From NCBI GenBank assembly GCA_965205265.1, contig CBDBGH010000003.1:1408001-1472000 (forward strand): a DNA stretch of 64,000 nucleotides. Direction: 5' to 3'. Source of the stretch: Alphaproteobacteria bacterium. GTDB lineage: Bacteria; Pseudomonadota; Alphaproteobacteria; Bin95. Below are positions 10,581 through 20,176 of this stretch, in pieces; position 1 is the stretch's first letter, and every line of letters begins with the position of its first letter. A program made the position numbers and the translations under genes. Below the pieces are notes generated by a model. The model made no database searches, was not told the origin of the DNA, and saw only the letters and a list, made by a program, of their open reading frames with translations.

Positions 10581-11699
10581 CTATTCGGCGCCGGACCGGG
10601 TGCGGGCCCAGCTTTCCTTGATGACAGTCAGAAGATGGCGCTCGCGCACCGTGTCGATCGAAGCGGAAACGGTCATGCCCGCGCGCAGCGGCGGCGCGCC
10701 GGGCCGGTCCTGGAGTTTCAGGCGCACCGGAAGGCGCTGCACCACCTTGACCCAGTTGCCGGTTGCGTTCTGAGGCGGCAGCACGGCGAACTCCGCGCCG
10801 GTGGCCGGGCTGATGCTGTCCACCACCGCCTGCCACACGAAGTCCGGATAGGCATCGACCACAACCGTCGCCTTCTGGCCGACATGGACATGGGTGAGCT
10901 CGGTTTCCTTGAGATTGGCTTCGACCCAGGGCTGCTGCCCGGCGATGATGGAGAACACGGGCTTGCCCGAACTGACAAATTCTCCCGCCTGCAGTTTGAC
11001 ATTGCTGACGATGCCGCCGACCGCTGCGCGTACAACCGTGCGTTCGAGATCGAGCCGGGCCGCATCGCGCAGCGATTGCTTCTCCCGGTACATCGGGTGG
11101 CTCTCGACCGGCGTGTCGAGCGCCCCGCCCAATTCGACCAGCACCCGATTCATCCGCTTCCGGGCCACCTCGGCCTGCTTGCGAATCACCTCGGTCCGCT
11201 GACGGGCGACAGCCAGATCGTGCTCCGCCGCTTCCAGCTTGATCCGGGCCGCCGCGCCGCGCCGCTGAAGGCTGCGAAAGCGTTTCACCTGCGCCGTGTG
11301 GTAGCGAACGGCCTCAAGCGCCTCGTGCCGCTCGCCCTCCGTCACCTCCAATTCGCTCGCGGCGACGTCGTATTCGGCCCGCAGGCCGAGCAGTTCGTCG
11401 CGCACCATGCCCATTTCCGCCTCGGCGCGCGCCAGGCGAATTTCGACAGGGACCGGGTCGATGCGGAACAGCAGGTCTCCGGCGCGGACTTGCTCGTGGT
11501 CGCGCACGGCGATGTCCACCACCCGGCCCTCGATATCGGCGCTCACCTGGATGATATCGTTCTTCACATAGGCGTTCTCGGTCGTCACGTAACGCCCGCC
11601 GGTGAGATAGACATAGGATCCGACCGCTATCGCGGCGAGCGGCACCACGATCAGCAGGAACAGGCGGGTCAGGGCCCGGCTTACACGGCGCAGACTCAT
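10581..11699 (-). CDS. HlyD/EmrA-family membrane fusion protein
   Basis: N-terminal TM, TENAYV, ANLKETEL, ATGAEFAVLPPQNATGNWVKVVQRLPVR. Confidence 0.92.
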   Translation of the reverse strand: MSLRRVSRALTRLFLLIVVPLAAIAVGSYVYLTGGRYVTTENAYVKNDIIQVSADIEGRVVDIAVRDHEQVRAGDLLFRIDPVPVEIRLARAEAEMGMVRDELLGLRAEYDVAASELEVTEGERHEALEAVRYHTAQVKRFRSLQRRGAAARIKLEAAEHDLAVARQRTEVIRKQAEVARKRMNRVLVELGGALDTPVESHPMYREKQSLRDAARLDLERTVVRAAVGGIVSNVKLQAGEFVSSGKPVFSIIAGQQPWVEANLKETELTHVHVGQKATVVVDAYPDFVWQAVVDSISPATGAEFAVLPPQNATGNWVKVVQRLPVRLKLQDRPGAPPLRAGMTVSASIDTVRERHLLTVIKESWARTRSGAE

Positions 11700-12175
11700 T
11701 GGGCTGCCATCTGTCTGTCGGCCGCACTGGCCGTCTGGCTGCTGTTCTGGAGCATTTCCTGCAAACGGGCCTTGACGGTAATCAGCACCTCAATCGCCTT
11801 GTCGTGTTCGGCCTCATCGAGGTCGCTCAGCGCTTCGTGAATTGTCTCCAGCGCGATCGTGCGCATCGAGCGTTCGATCGCTTCGGCTTTCCGCGTGAGA
11901 TGGATGCGCTTGACGCGCCGGTCGGCGCGGTCGGCCACGCGCACGACGAAGCCGCTTTTCTCAAGCCGGTCGATCAGGCGGCCGGCGGACCCTTTCTCCA
12001 TCTCCATGGTCTCCGCCAGCTCCGACTGCGTGCATCCGGACTGGCGGTAAATGCGGGTGAGCGCCAGCCACTGTGAGCGCGTGAGGCCGAAATCCCGCAC
12101 CCGGCGGTCGAATTCCGTGCGCAGCAGGCGTGCAACATCGGAGACCAGAAAGCCGAAATAGCGTTCGTCTTCCAT
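11696..12175 (-). CDS. MarR/SlyA-family transcriptional regulator
   Basis: GFLVSDVARLLR, LTRSQW, QSELAE, DRLEKSG...DRRVKRIHLT. Confidence 0.93.
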   Translation of the reverse strand: MEDERYFGFLVSDVARLLRTEFDRRVRDFGLTRSQWLALTRIYRQSGCTQSELAETMEMEKGSAGRLIDRLEKSGFVVRVADRADRRVKRIHLTRKAEAIERSMRTIALETIHEALSDLDEAEHDKAIEVLITVKARLQEMLQNSSQTASAADRQMAAQ

Positions 12176-12194
12176 GCGTTTGGAGCCCGAATTT

Positions 12195-12247
12195 AGTTAC
12201 CTAGGCGACTTTATGCAGAGATATGGTCGCGCAGGCAACAAAGTCAA
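12195..12247 (-). promoter_or_regulatory. Candidate marR promoter and operator
   Basis: TTGACT on minus strand (12242-12247); imperfect palindrome AGTTACCTAGGCGACT (12195-12210) just upstream of the start. Confidence 0.3.
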
Positions 12248-12286
12248 GGCGCGAATTCGAAACGGCAGGGCAAAAACCGCGAAATC

Positions 12287-13240
12287 TCACGCGCCGCCGC
12301 AGGCGCCGCCGCCGAGCACGCAGAATCTGGCGCAGTGCACATGGTTGAGGGGCACGGACCCGGCGGCCTCGGACAGCGTTTCGCCGAGCTCGAAACGCGG
12401 GTCGTAGGGCAGGAGGGTACAGGCGACGACGACCGGTCGTGGCGCCCCCCGGCGTTTTACGACCATGCGGGAGGACGAGCACATGATGTCGGAGGGCGAC
12501 TTGCCGAGCACTGCCCAGCAGGCGGCGCTGATTTCCGGCACGGGGGCGCCTTCGTCCATTTCGGGAAAAAGCGTCAAGGCAATCGGGTCGTCGGCATTGC
12601 AACCGAGGCCCAGCCCGGCGAACAGGCGCGCATAGCCGGCGCGGGCGGAGGCTTCGTCTTCTCCCCAGCAGGTGCGGCCTGCGACTTCCGGCGCAAAGCC
12701 GTTTTCGTCGAGCCAGGACAGTCCGGCGAGCGCGGGCTCCCAACTGCGTTCGCCGCGTTCCGTCTCATGCAACGCTTCGGTGTAATGGTCGAGCGAGACG
12801 CGGAGGCGAACCCTGCCGCCGTGGCGGGCCCGGAGTTCCAGCAGTGCCGCGTTGTGCTTCATCATCGGACGCATCGCATTGGTCAGCGTCAACGTCTCGA
12901 AGCCGCGTTCGAGCGCGTCCGCCAGCATGGTCGTGAAATGCGGATTCATGAACGGCTCGCCGCCCGTGAAACCGATCGTGCGGGTTCCGGCATCCGTTCG
13001 CGCGACCTCGTCCAGATATGCCGCGACTTCATCCGCCCGGATGTAGGCGAGACGGTCGTTGCGGGGGCTCGACTCGATGTAGCAATTGCGGCAGGCGAGA
13101 TTGCACAGCGTCCCGGTATTGATCCAGAGCGTCTCCAGCTTGCGCAGCGCGACCCGCGCGCGGGGGCTGCCGTCGGCAGTCAGGTCGGGATCCTGGAATT
13201 TTCCGCGGTCAGCTACGCCCGCCGGCACCGAATCCGGCAT
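12287..13240 (-). CDS. Radical SAM protein with Cys-rich C-terminus (ArsS-related appearance)
   Basis: CNLACRNC (CxxxCxxC), FTGGEPF, LTNA, C-terminal HVHCARFCVLGGGAC. Confidence 0.85.
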   Translation of the reverse strand: MPDSVPAGVADRGKFQDPDLTADGSPRARVALRKLETLWINTGTLCNLACRNCYIESSPRNDRLAYIRADEVAAYLDEVARTDAGTRTIGFTGGEPFMNPHFTTMLADALERGFETLTLTNAMRPMMKHNAALLELRARHGGRVRLRVSLDHYTEALHETERGERSWEPALAGLSWLDENGFAPEVAGRTCWGEDEASARAGYARLFAGLGLGCNADDPIALTLFPEMDEGAPVPEISAACWAVLGKSPSDIMCSSSRMVVKRRGAPRPVVVACTLLPYDPRFELGETLSEAAGSVPLNHVHCARFCVLGGGACGGA

Positions 13241-13382
13241 CAGCGCCTCCGGCCAATTCGACCCCGCCGTTATAGAAGACAGGCTGTCGGACCGTCCAGT
13301 TCAACCTGCCCGCGATCCACCGCTTTGCACCGAGGGCAGAGGGTTTCTATGGTGCGGCCATTCAAAACGAGGAGTAGCAGGC

Positions 13383-13865
13383 ATGACGATTGCCAAGGGA
13401 GACAAGGTCCCGGCCGCGACCTTGAAAGAGGTAACGGACGGCGGACCGCAGAGCGTCGAGACGGCGGACCTCTTCGCCGGCAGGAAGGTGGTCGCCTTCT
13501 GCGTGCCCGGGGCCTTCACGCCCACCTGTTCGGCAAAGCACCTGCCGGGCTTCGTCGAGAAGGCGGATGCGATCCGCGCCAGGGGGGTGGACGACATCGT
13601 CTGCCTTGCGGTCAACGACGCCTTCGTCATGAACGCCTGGGGAGAACGCGGCGGCGCGGCCGGCAAGATCCGTATGCTCGCCGACGGCAATGGCGACCTT
13701 GCCCGGGCGATGGGCGTCGAGATCGATCTGAGTTCCGTCGGGCTCGGTATGCGTTCGTGCCGCTACTCGATGATCGTCGAGGACGGGACGATCGAGCAAT
13801 TGAACCTGGAGGACGGCACCTCCTACGAGGTTTCCAGCGCCGAGAAAATTCTCGACCAGCTCTAG
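13383..13865 (+). CDS. Peroxiredoxin (Prx5 type)
   Basis: [27 protein letters not shown]; GAGGAG RBS. Confidence 0.95.
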   Translation: MTIAKGDKVPAATLKEVTDGGPQSVETADLFAGRKVVAFCVPGAFTPTCSAKHLPGFVEKADAIRARGVDDIVCLAVNDAFVMNAWGERGGAAGKIRMLADGNGDLARAMGVEIDLSSVGLGMRSCRYSMIVEDGTIEQLNLEDGTSYEVSSAEKILDQL

Positions 13866-14305
13866 CAGCGGCTGCCCTCGCGCTCGGCCTGTTGCCGCGC
13901 GAGGGCGTCCACGCGCTCGTTTTCGGCGTGGCCGGCATGGCCGCGGACCCAGAGCCATTCGATTTCGTGGCGGGCCGCCGCCGTGTCGAGCCGCCGCCAC
14001 AGGTCGATGTTCTTCACGGGCTTTTTTGCCGCGGTGCGCCAGCCATTGCGCTTCCACACCGGCAGCCAGGACCGGACGCCGTCCATGACATAGCGGCTGT
14101 CGGTCACAAGGCGCACGGAGCAGGGCCGGGTGAGGGCTTCGAGGCCCGCAATGGCGGCCATCAGCTCCATGCGGTTATTGGTGGTATGCGGGGCGCCGCC
14201 GGCCAATTCCGATTCTTGCGCGCCATAGCGCAGCAGCGCCGCCCAGCCGCCGGGACCCGGATTTCCGAGACAGGCGCCGTCGGTGAAGATTTCGACGCCG
14301 GTCAT
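13862..14305 (-). CDS. rnhA: Ribonuclease HI
   Basis: [37 protein letters not shown]. Confidence 0.97.
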   Translation of the reverse strand: MTGVEIFTDGACLGNPGPGGWAALLRYGAQESELAGGAPHTTNNRMELMAAIAGLEALTRPCSVRLVTDSRYVMDGVRSWLPVWKRNGWRTAAKKPVKNIDLWRRLDTAAARHEIEWLWVRGHAGHAENERVDALARQQAEREGSRC

Positions 14306-15219
14306 GAGAGCCCGCCCAGCTTGCGCATGTATTCGAGCGGATCCTTGGGGGTCATCAGCGCGGCGGGGGCCGGATTGAGCCAGTCATGCAGCCGGGTCAG
14401 AAGGAAGCGGAGCGCCGCACCTCGCCTCAGTTTCGGCAAGGCACGGAGTTCGGCGGACACGAGCGGCCGGGCGGACTCGTAGCCCTGCTGCATCTCGGCC
14501 GCGGCATGGGCATCGAAGCGCCCCTGCGTATCCGCAGCCCATGCGACCTGGGTAATGGCAAGGTCGTAGGCGAGCGCATCGGTGCAGGCGAAATAGAAAT
14601 CGTAAATGCCCGATACGGCGCTGTCCCGGAAGACCGCATTGTCCGGGAAGAGGTCGGCATGGATGGCGCCGCCGGGCAGGTCCGCCGGCCACGTCCCTGC
14701 CAGTTCGCCGAGGGCTTCGGCGATGTATTCGGCCAGGCCGGCGGCCACCTCGTCGGCGCGGCCGGATGTCAGGGCGGCGAGGCGGCGCCACCCTTCCGGG
14801 CCCAGGTCGTTGGGACGCCGCGAAGGAAACCCGGCGCCGGCCAGATGAAGCCGGGCGAGCGCTTCGCCGATGGCCCGGAACGCCGAGGGGTCGCGTTCGC
14901 CTTCCAGAAAGGTCACGATGAGCGCGGTGCGTCCGGCCAGCGGCGCCAGACACGCTCCGTCGAGGCGGCGCACCGGGGCAGGGCAGGGCACGCCGCGAAC
15001 CGCAAGATAGTCCATCAGATCCACGAAGAACGGCAGGTCCCCGGGGTCGATCCTGTTCTCGAACAGGGTCAGCACATAGCGGCCCGAGGCGGTCTCGAGC
15101 AGATAGTTCGTGTTGTCGATTCCCTCGGGTATGGGCTCGAACCGCAGCAGGCGGCCCAGCCGGTATCCGGCCAGGAACCGCTCCAGCGCGGCCCCGCCGA
15201 CCGGCGTATAGACCGCCAT
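14302..15219 (-). CDS. thrB: Homoserine kinase (type II, APH fold)
   Basis: [38 protein letters not shown]; ispH-thrB-rnhA synteny. Confidence 0.94.
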   Translation of the reverse strand: MAVYTPVGGAALERFLAGYRLGRLLRFEPIPEGIDNTNYLLETASGRYVLTLFENRIDPGDLPFFVDLMDYLAVRGVPCPAPVRRLDGACLAPLAGRTALIVTFLEGERDPSAFRAIGEALARLHLAGAGFPSRRPNDLGPEGWRRLAALTSGRADEVAAGLAEYIAEALGELAGTWPADLPGGAIHADLFPDNAVFRDSAVSGIYDFYFACTDALAYDLAITQVAWAADTQGRFDAHAAAEMQQGYESARPLVSAELRALPKLRRGAALRFLLTRLHDWLNPAPAALMTPKDPLEYMRKLGGLS

Positions 15220-15225
15220 CCGGGG

Positions 15226-16176
15226 TCAGGCCACCAGTTCGCGCGGCAATTTGAACTTCACGGTTTCCAGAGTGTCGGTCCAGTCCTCGACCGTCACATC
15301 GAAGCGTTTGCGGCAGGCCTGCACGACCTCCTCGACCAGCACTTCGGGCGCCGATGCGCCTGCCGTGACCGCCAATACCCGGATGTCCATCAGCGCCGCC
15401 CAATCGACATGGTCCACGCCGTCCACGAGATAGGACCGCAGGCACCCGGCCGCCCGGGCGACCTCGACGAGGCGGTTGGAGTTCGATGAGTTCCGGGACC
15501 CGATCACGAGCACGGCGTCCGCGCCGGGCACGGCGGCCTTGACCGCGGCCTGGCGGTTGGTCGTGGCGTAGCAGATGTCTTCCCGTCTCGGTTCGTGCAG
15601 ATCGGGAAAGCGCGTCCGCAGCGCCCCGATGATTTCCGCGGTATCGTCCACCGAAAGCGTCGTTTGCGTGACATAGGCAAGCTGGCGTCCGGCCGGCGGC
15701 TCGACCCGCTGCGCATCCTCGACGGTCTGGATCAGCTCGATGGCGCCCTTCGGCAGTTGGCCCATCGTGCCCACGACCTCCGGGTGGCCGGCATGGCCGA
15801 TCAGAAAGATATGCCGGTCGGCTGCGAAATGCCGCTCGGCCTCCCGATGGATCTTGCTGACCAGCGGGCAGGTTGCGTCGATATAGTGCAGCTCGCGCCG
15901 CCCGGCTTCCGCGGGGACGGATTTCGGCACGCCATGCGCCGAAAAGACGACCGGCACATCGTCCGGAACCTCGTCCAGCTCCTCGACGAAGACCGCGCCC
16001 TTGTCCTCGAGCGTCTCGACGACGAAACGGTTATGCACGATTTCGTGGCGCACATAGACGGGCGCGCCGTAGCGTTCGAGAGCGGCTTCGATGATCTCGA
16101 TGGCGCGAACGACGCCCGCGCAAAATCCGCGCGGACCGACCAGACGGATCGTGAGAGCCGGCTTCCTGCTTGTCAT
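15226..16176 (-). CDS. ispH: 4-hydroxy-3-methylbut-2-enyl diphosphate reductase
   Basis: [39 protein letters not shown]. Confidence 0.97.
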   Translation of the reverse strand: MTSRKPALTIRLVGPRGFCAGVVRAIEIIEAALERYGAPVYVRHEIVHNRFVVETLEDKGAVFVEELDEVPDDVPVVFSAHGVPKSVPAEAGRRELHYIDATCPLVSKIHREAERHFAADRHIFLIGHAGHPEVVGTMGQLPKGAIELIQTVEDAQRVEPPAGRQLAYVTQTTLSVDDTAEIIGALRTRFPDLHEPRREDICYATTNRQAAVKAAVPGADAVLVIGSRNSSNSNRLVEVARAAGCLRSYLVDGVDHVDWAALMDIRVLAVTAGASAPEVLVEEVVQACRKRFDVTVEDWTDTLETVKFKLPRELVA

Positions 16177-16251
16177 TGTGCCTACCTCCGGTCCGTTCTA
16201 AGGTCCGCAGCGCGCCTGGCGCACCGTCGAACCTAATCCAGAGGGCAGTCG

Positions 16252-16782
16252 ATGGCGAGAGGATTCGCGGCCGGAGCCGCAGCGTCGGTCGCGGCGCTTT
16301 CGATACTGGCCGGGTGCTCGACCCTTGGCGGAGGCTCCGTCGCGTGCCCGACGGTCGATGCCCTCGACGGCGCAAGGCAACTGACGAGGTTCAAGGGCGC
16401 CGGGAGAGACCTGACGGACATAGAATTCCAGGCCCATGTCGGGAACCTCGCGGCGGACTGCAGCTTCGACGACGACACCGAGGTCGGCTCTGTCGATCTC
16501 GACATCGTATTCCGCACGCAGCGCGGCCCTGCAGGTTCTGCGGGCGAACACAAGTTCGGCTATTTCGTTGCGGTGATCGATCCGGACGGCGGCGTTGCGG
16601 CGCGGACGCCGTTTTCCGTGAAGGTTTCGTTCGCGGGCGGCGCGACGGAGACCGCCGAGTCGGAGCGTCTGGCCCTGGATATCCCGACGGCGGAAAATGC
16701 CGCTCTGGCCTCCTACCGCATCTATGTCGGGATGGAGCTGACGAAGGAACAGTTCGAGCGCAATCTCGGAGGCGGCCGCTAG
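16252..16782 (+). CDS. Hypothetical lipoprotein
   Basis: Signal peptide with LAGC lipobox; divergent from ispH. Confidence 0.75.
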   Translation: MARGFAAGAAASVAALSILAGCSTLGGGSVACPTVDALDGARQLTRFKGAGRDLTDIEFQAHVGNLAADCSFDDDTEVGSVDLDIVFRTQRGPAGSAGEHKFGYFVAVIDPDGGVAARTPFSVKVSFAGGATETAESERLALDIPTAENAALASYRIYVGMELTKEQFERNLGGGR

Positions 16783-17029
16783 AACGGAATTCCTTCGGGT
16801 TGAAACGGCCCTGTCCACAAAGCCTCAATTGTCGCCCCGGCCCCCGGGAGCCGGGGTCCAGAGCCGCCTTCGAAACCTGGCACGGTCCGGGCAGCCTGGA
16901 CCCCGGATCTCCGCCTCGCTCCGTCCGGGGTGACAATCGGGGCTGCGCATGCGGCTCCGTTGCAACCCGAAAGGGGCTTATATGGACAGGTTGACGACAG
17001 GTTTGCGAGGCTTCGCGCCTTCTCTCCAG

Positions 17030-17490
17030 CGTCATACCCGGACTTGTTCCGGGTATGACGCTCCACCGTTGCTGCCGGACGGCCGCATGGATACCCGGAA
17101 CAAGTCCATTGCTGTCCGGTTCAGCCATTGGGTGAGGCTGAACGGGAGTCCGCCGGGGGGTTCGGGGGCGCGCGGCGTCTGCGATCCGCCCCTTGCCCGT
17201 GAGGCTCGAACGCCCCTCTTCGGCAGGCTCAGGGCAGGTTCTTTCGTCATACCCGGACTTGTCCCGGGTATCCATACGGCCGCCCCGGGAGAAGCGGTGG
17301 AGGGAGATGCCCGGAACAAGTCCGGGCATGACGATATGGGGGTCGGGCATGACGACTTGAGGGCCGGGCCGCCGGGCGTCGATCCGGGTCCCGATCCCGC
17401 CGAACCCCTCGAAACCCGGTTGAATTCGAGCCATACGTCCTGTCCACAAAATCTAAACCGGACAGCAATGGAACAAGTCCGGGTATGACG
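17030..17490. repeat. REP-like element, copy 2, right arm split by a MITE; copy 3 (17245-17354) lies inside the MITE
   Basis: CGTCATACCCGGACTTGTTCCGGGTAT at 17030; GGATACCCGGAACAAGTC|insert|GAACAAGTCCGGGTATGACG. Confidence 0.85.
17107..17470. mobile_element. MITE-1 (364 bp), 15-bp perfect TIR, 9-bp target duplication
   Basis: CATTGCTGTCCGGTT (17107-17121) / AACCGGACAGCAATG (17456-17470); GAACAAGTC at 17098-17106 and 17471-17479; no transposase ORF. Confidence 0.88.
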
Positions 17491-17576
17491 GAGAGGACGC
17501 TAAGACATGACGGAAGAAATGTCGTTGGCCTCCCCGCCAACCTATCTTTGTAATCCCCACCCGAAAGGATCGTTCC

Positions 17577-20096
17577 CTAATCGGTAATCCCGAAGCGGCT
17601 TAGCGCGAAGGCGTAAAGCTCCGCGAGTTCGTTCAGGGTCTCGAACCGGCCGGACGCGCCGCCGTGCCCGGCGGTCATGTTCGTTCGCAGCAGCAGCAGG
17701 GGGCTGCCCTCGACGGTCTCCCTCAACGCGGCGATCCATTTCGCCGGCTCCCAATAGGTGACGCGCGGGTCGGAAACGCCGGCGGTGGCGAAAATGTCGG
17801 GATAGGGCGCGGCGGCGATGTTCTCGTAGGGACTGTAGGCGGCGATGCGCCGGAACGCCTCCTCGTCCTCTATCGGGTTGCCCCATTCCGGCCATTCCGG
17901 CGGCGTCAGCGGCAGGGCCGGATCGGACATGGTGTTGAGCACATCGACGAACGGCACTTCGGCCAGCACCGCCGTGAACAGCTCCGGCGCCCGATTGGCG
18001 GCAGCGCCGACGAGCAAGCCGCCGGCGCTGCCGCCATGGGCGACGATGCCGCCCGCACAGCCTTCGGCCATCAAGTGGCGCCCCGCTGCGGCGAAGTCGT
18101 CGAAACTGTTGGTCTTGCCGGCAAGCTTGCCGGTCCGGTACCAGCGGTAGCCGCGGTCCGTCCCGCCCCTGACATGGGCGATGGCATAGACGAATCCCCT
18201 GTCCACCAGGCTCAGCCGCGAGGTCGAGAACGCGGCGGGGATCGATATGCCGTAGGCGCCATAGCCGTAAAGAAGGCAGGGCGGCGGCGGCGAGAATTCG
18301 AGGTCGGCGCGATAGAGCAGGGTGACGGGCACCGCCTCGCTGTCGGGCGCGGTCGCCGTCAACCGGCGTGTGCGGTAATCCTCGGGGTCGTGGCCGCTCG
18401 GCACTTCCTGTTTGCGCAGCAGCCGGCGTGTCCGGCCGGCCATGTCGTAGTCATAGACATGCGTCGGCGTGGTCGGCGAGGCATAGGAGAAGCGCAGCGT
18501 GTCGGTCGCATATTCGAAGCCCGGCAGGATGCCGAGGGCATAGGCTTCCTCGTCGAAGGCGATGGCGTGTTCCTCGCCGGAGTCGAGGGCGCGCACGACG
18601 ATCCGGGGCAGGCCGTCCTCGCGCTCCAGCCGCACGATCCAGTCCCGGAACAGCAGCAATTGGAGGATGAGGCATCCCGGCCTGTGGGGCACGAGGTCCT
18701 CCCACGCATCCGGCTCCGGGGCGTCGAGCGGGGCGGCGGCGATGCGGAAATCCTCGGCCTTGCGGTCATTGGTGAGGATCAGCAGCCGTTCCCCCCGATC
18801 TCCCAGCGAATATTCCACATCCGCGCGCCGGGCGGCGACGAGGCGCGGCGGGTCCTGCGGCCGGTCCGCATCGACCAGCCGGATTTCGCCGCTGGTGTGG
18901 TCGTGAGAATCCAGAAGGATGAACCGGCCGCTCTCGGTCTTGTCGACATCGAGGAAGAAACCGGGGTCGGGCTCCTCGTAAACGAGCTCGGGCTCCCCGC
19001 CGAGGCTGCAGCGGTAAACCCAGCGCGGCCGCGCATTCTCGTCGCGCACGGTGTAGAAGACGGTCCGGCTGTCATTCGCCCACACCACGCCGCCCGCCGT
19101 CCGCTCGACCCTGTCTTCGAGGTCCGCACCGCTCCCGGCGTCCCGGAAGGCGAGCGTGTAGTCCTCCGAGCCCGAGAGATCGACCGTATAGGCGATGAGC
19201 CTGTGGTCGGGGCTGTGGGCGCAGGCGGCAATGCGGCAATAGGGTTGGCCGTCCGCAAGCAGGTTGCCGTCGAGCAGGACCGCCTCTTCCCCGTCGGCGT
19301 CCCGGCGGCAGAAAAGCGGATGCTCGCCGCCGGTCACGAACCGGGTATAGTAGGCGAACGGACCGTCGGGCGCGGGCGCCGTCGTGTCGTCCTCCTTGAT
19401 CCTGGCGCGCATCTCCTGCCTGAGCCGCTCCTGCAGGCCGCGCAGCGGCTCCATGACCGCCCTTGTGTATTCGTTCTCGGCTTCCAGATGTTCGCGGATA
19501 TCGTCCGGCAGGACGGACGGGTCGCGCATCGCTTCCTGCCAGTTCTCCGCCCGGAGCCAGGCATAGGGGTCGATGCGCTCCTGCCCGTGCTGGGCGATGC
19601 TCAGCGGCCGCCGTTCCGCGCGCGGCGGGCTTGCGGCGTTCCCCGTCTCGCTGATCCGCGTGAACGCCCGCAAGGTTTCCTCGCTGACATGGTGCTCGAT
19701 GCCTTCGGCGTCGCGCCGCGCTGTCTCGTCGCTGACCCCGATGGTCTTGAGGAAGTCGAGCACGATCTGGTGGCGCCGGCGCGAGCGCAGCGCCATCCGG
19801 CGGCCCTTGCCGGTAAGGAAGATCGAGCGGTAGGGCCGGGTCGTCACCAGGCCGTCGCGCTGCAGGCGGGCGACCGCCTTGCTGGCCGTCATGTGGGTGA
19901 CGCCCATGCGCCGCGCGATTTCGACCAGGCGGGCCTCGCCGGTGGCCTCGATCAGGTCGTCGATCAGCTCGACATAGTCTTCCGCGAGTTCCTTGCGCCG
20001 CGCGCGGCGGGTATGGGTGAATACGGCCGCCTGCCGCTCGGCGTCCCCCAGCGCTTCGTCGCCATCGTCGCGGTCGTCGTCCCGGCGGTCGGTCAT
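17577..20096 (-). CDS. Fusion: MntR (DtxR family) regulator + oligopeptidase B (S9A)
   Basis: N-term EDYVELIDDLI, GEARLVEIARRMGV, RHQIV, DAEGIEHHVSEETL; C-term DPYAWLR, LLYGYGAYG, GGSAGG, DPRV, GHGG. Confidence 0.85.
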   Translation of the reverse strand: MTDRRDDDRDDGDEALGDAERQAAVFTHTRRARRKELAEDYVELIDDLIEATGEARLVEIARRMGVTHMTASKAVARLQRDGLVTTRPYRSIFLTGKGRRMALRSRRRHQIVLDFLKTIGVSDETARRDAEGIEHHVSEETLRAFTRISETGNAASPPRAERRPLSIAQHGQERIDPYAWLRAENWQEAMRDPSVLPDDIREHLEAENEYTRAVMEPLRGLQERLRQEMRARIKEDDTTAPAPDGPFAYYTRFVTGGEHPLFCRRDADGEEAVLLDGNLLADGQPYCRIAACAHSPDHRLIAYTVDLSGSEDYTLAFRDAGSGADLEDRVERTAGGVVWANDSRTVFYTVRDENARPRWVYRCSLGGEPELVYEEPDPGFFLDVDKTESGRFILLDSHDHTSGEIRLVDADRPQDPPRLVAARRADVEYSLGDRGERLLILTNDRKAEDFRIAAAPLDAPEPDAWEDLVPHRPGCLILQLLLFRDWIVRLEREDGLPRIVVRALDSGEEHAIAFDEEAYALGILPGFEYATDTLRFSYASPTTPTHVYDYDMAGRTRRLLRKQEVPSGHDPEDYRTRRLTATAPDSEAVPVTLLYRADLEFSPPPPCLLYGYGAYGISIPAAFSTSRLSLVDRGFVYAIAHVRGGTDRGYRWYRTGKLAGKTNSFDDFAAAGRHLMAEGCAGGIVAHGGSAGGLLVGAAANRAPELFTAVLAEVPFVDVLNTMSDPALPLTPPEWPEWGNPIEDEEAFRRIAAYSPYENIAAAPYPDIFATAGVSDPRVTYWEPAKWIAALRETVEGSPLLLLRTNMTAGHGGASGRFETLNELAELYAFALSRFGITD

Positions 20097-20176
20097 CACC
20101 CGCCACCTATGACGGAAGCGCACGCTCCGGGCAAGCGAATCGCCCGACTACCCGCCGGCAGCCCTCTTTCGGCAAC

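Larger units (their letters stand above)
16780..17579. repeat. 800-bp composite non-coding repeat region between convergent genes
   Basis: Imperfect terminal IR TAGAACGGAATTCCTTCGGGT ... ACCCGAAAGGATCGTTCCCTA; contains a second palindrome type (about 16828-16937), REP copies and a MITE. Confidence 0.6.

Noticed and set aside
6898-10773. 1291-aa plus-strand ORF (likewise 17664-20486, 20180-22948, 53852-57451)
   Set aside because: Antisense shadows of well-supported genes in high-GC DNA; no motifs
12287-12310. TGA of the radical SAM gene as selenocysteine
   Set aside because: The C-terminal motif already has Cys (GGAC), and the downstream sequence is the marR promoter region
17030-17490. Clustered repeats as a CRISPR array
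   Set aside because: Units alternate in orientation as inverted pairs with conserved spacers, are dispersed through the window, and no cas genes are present
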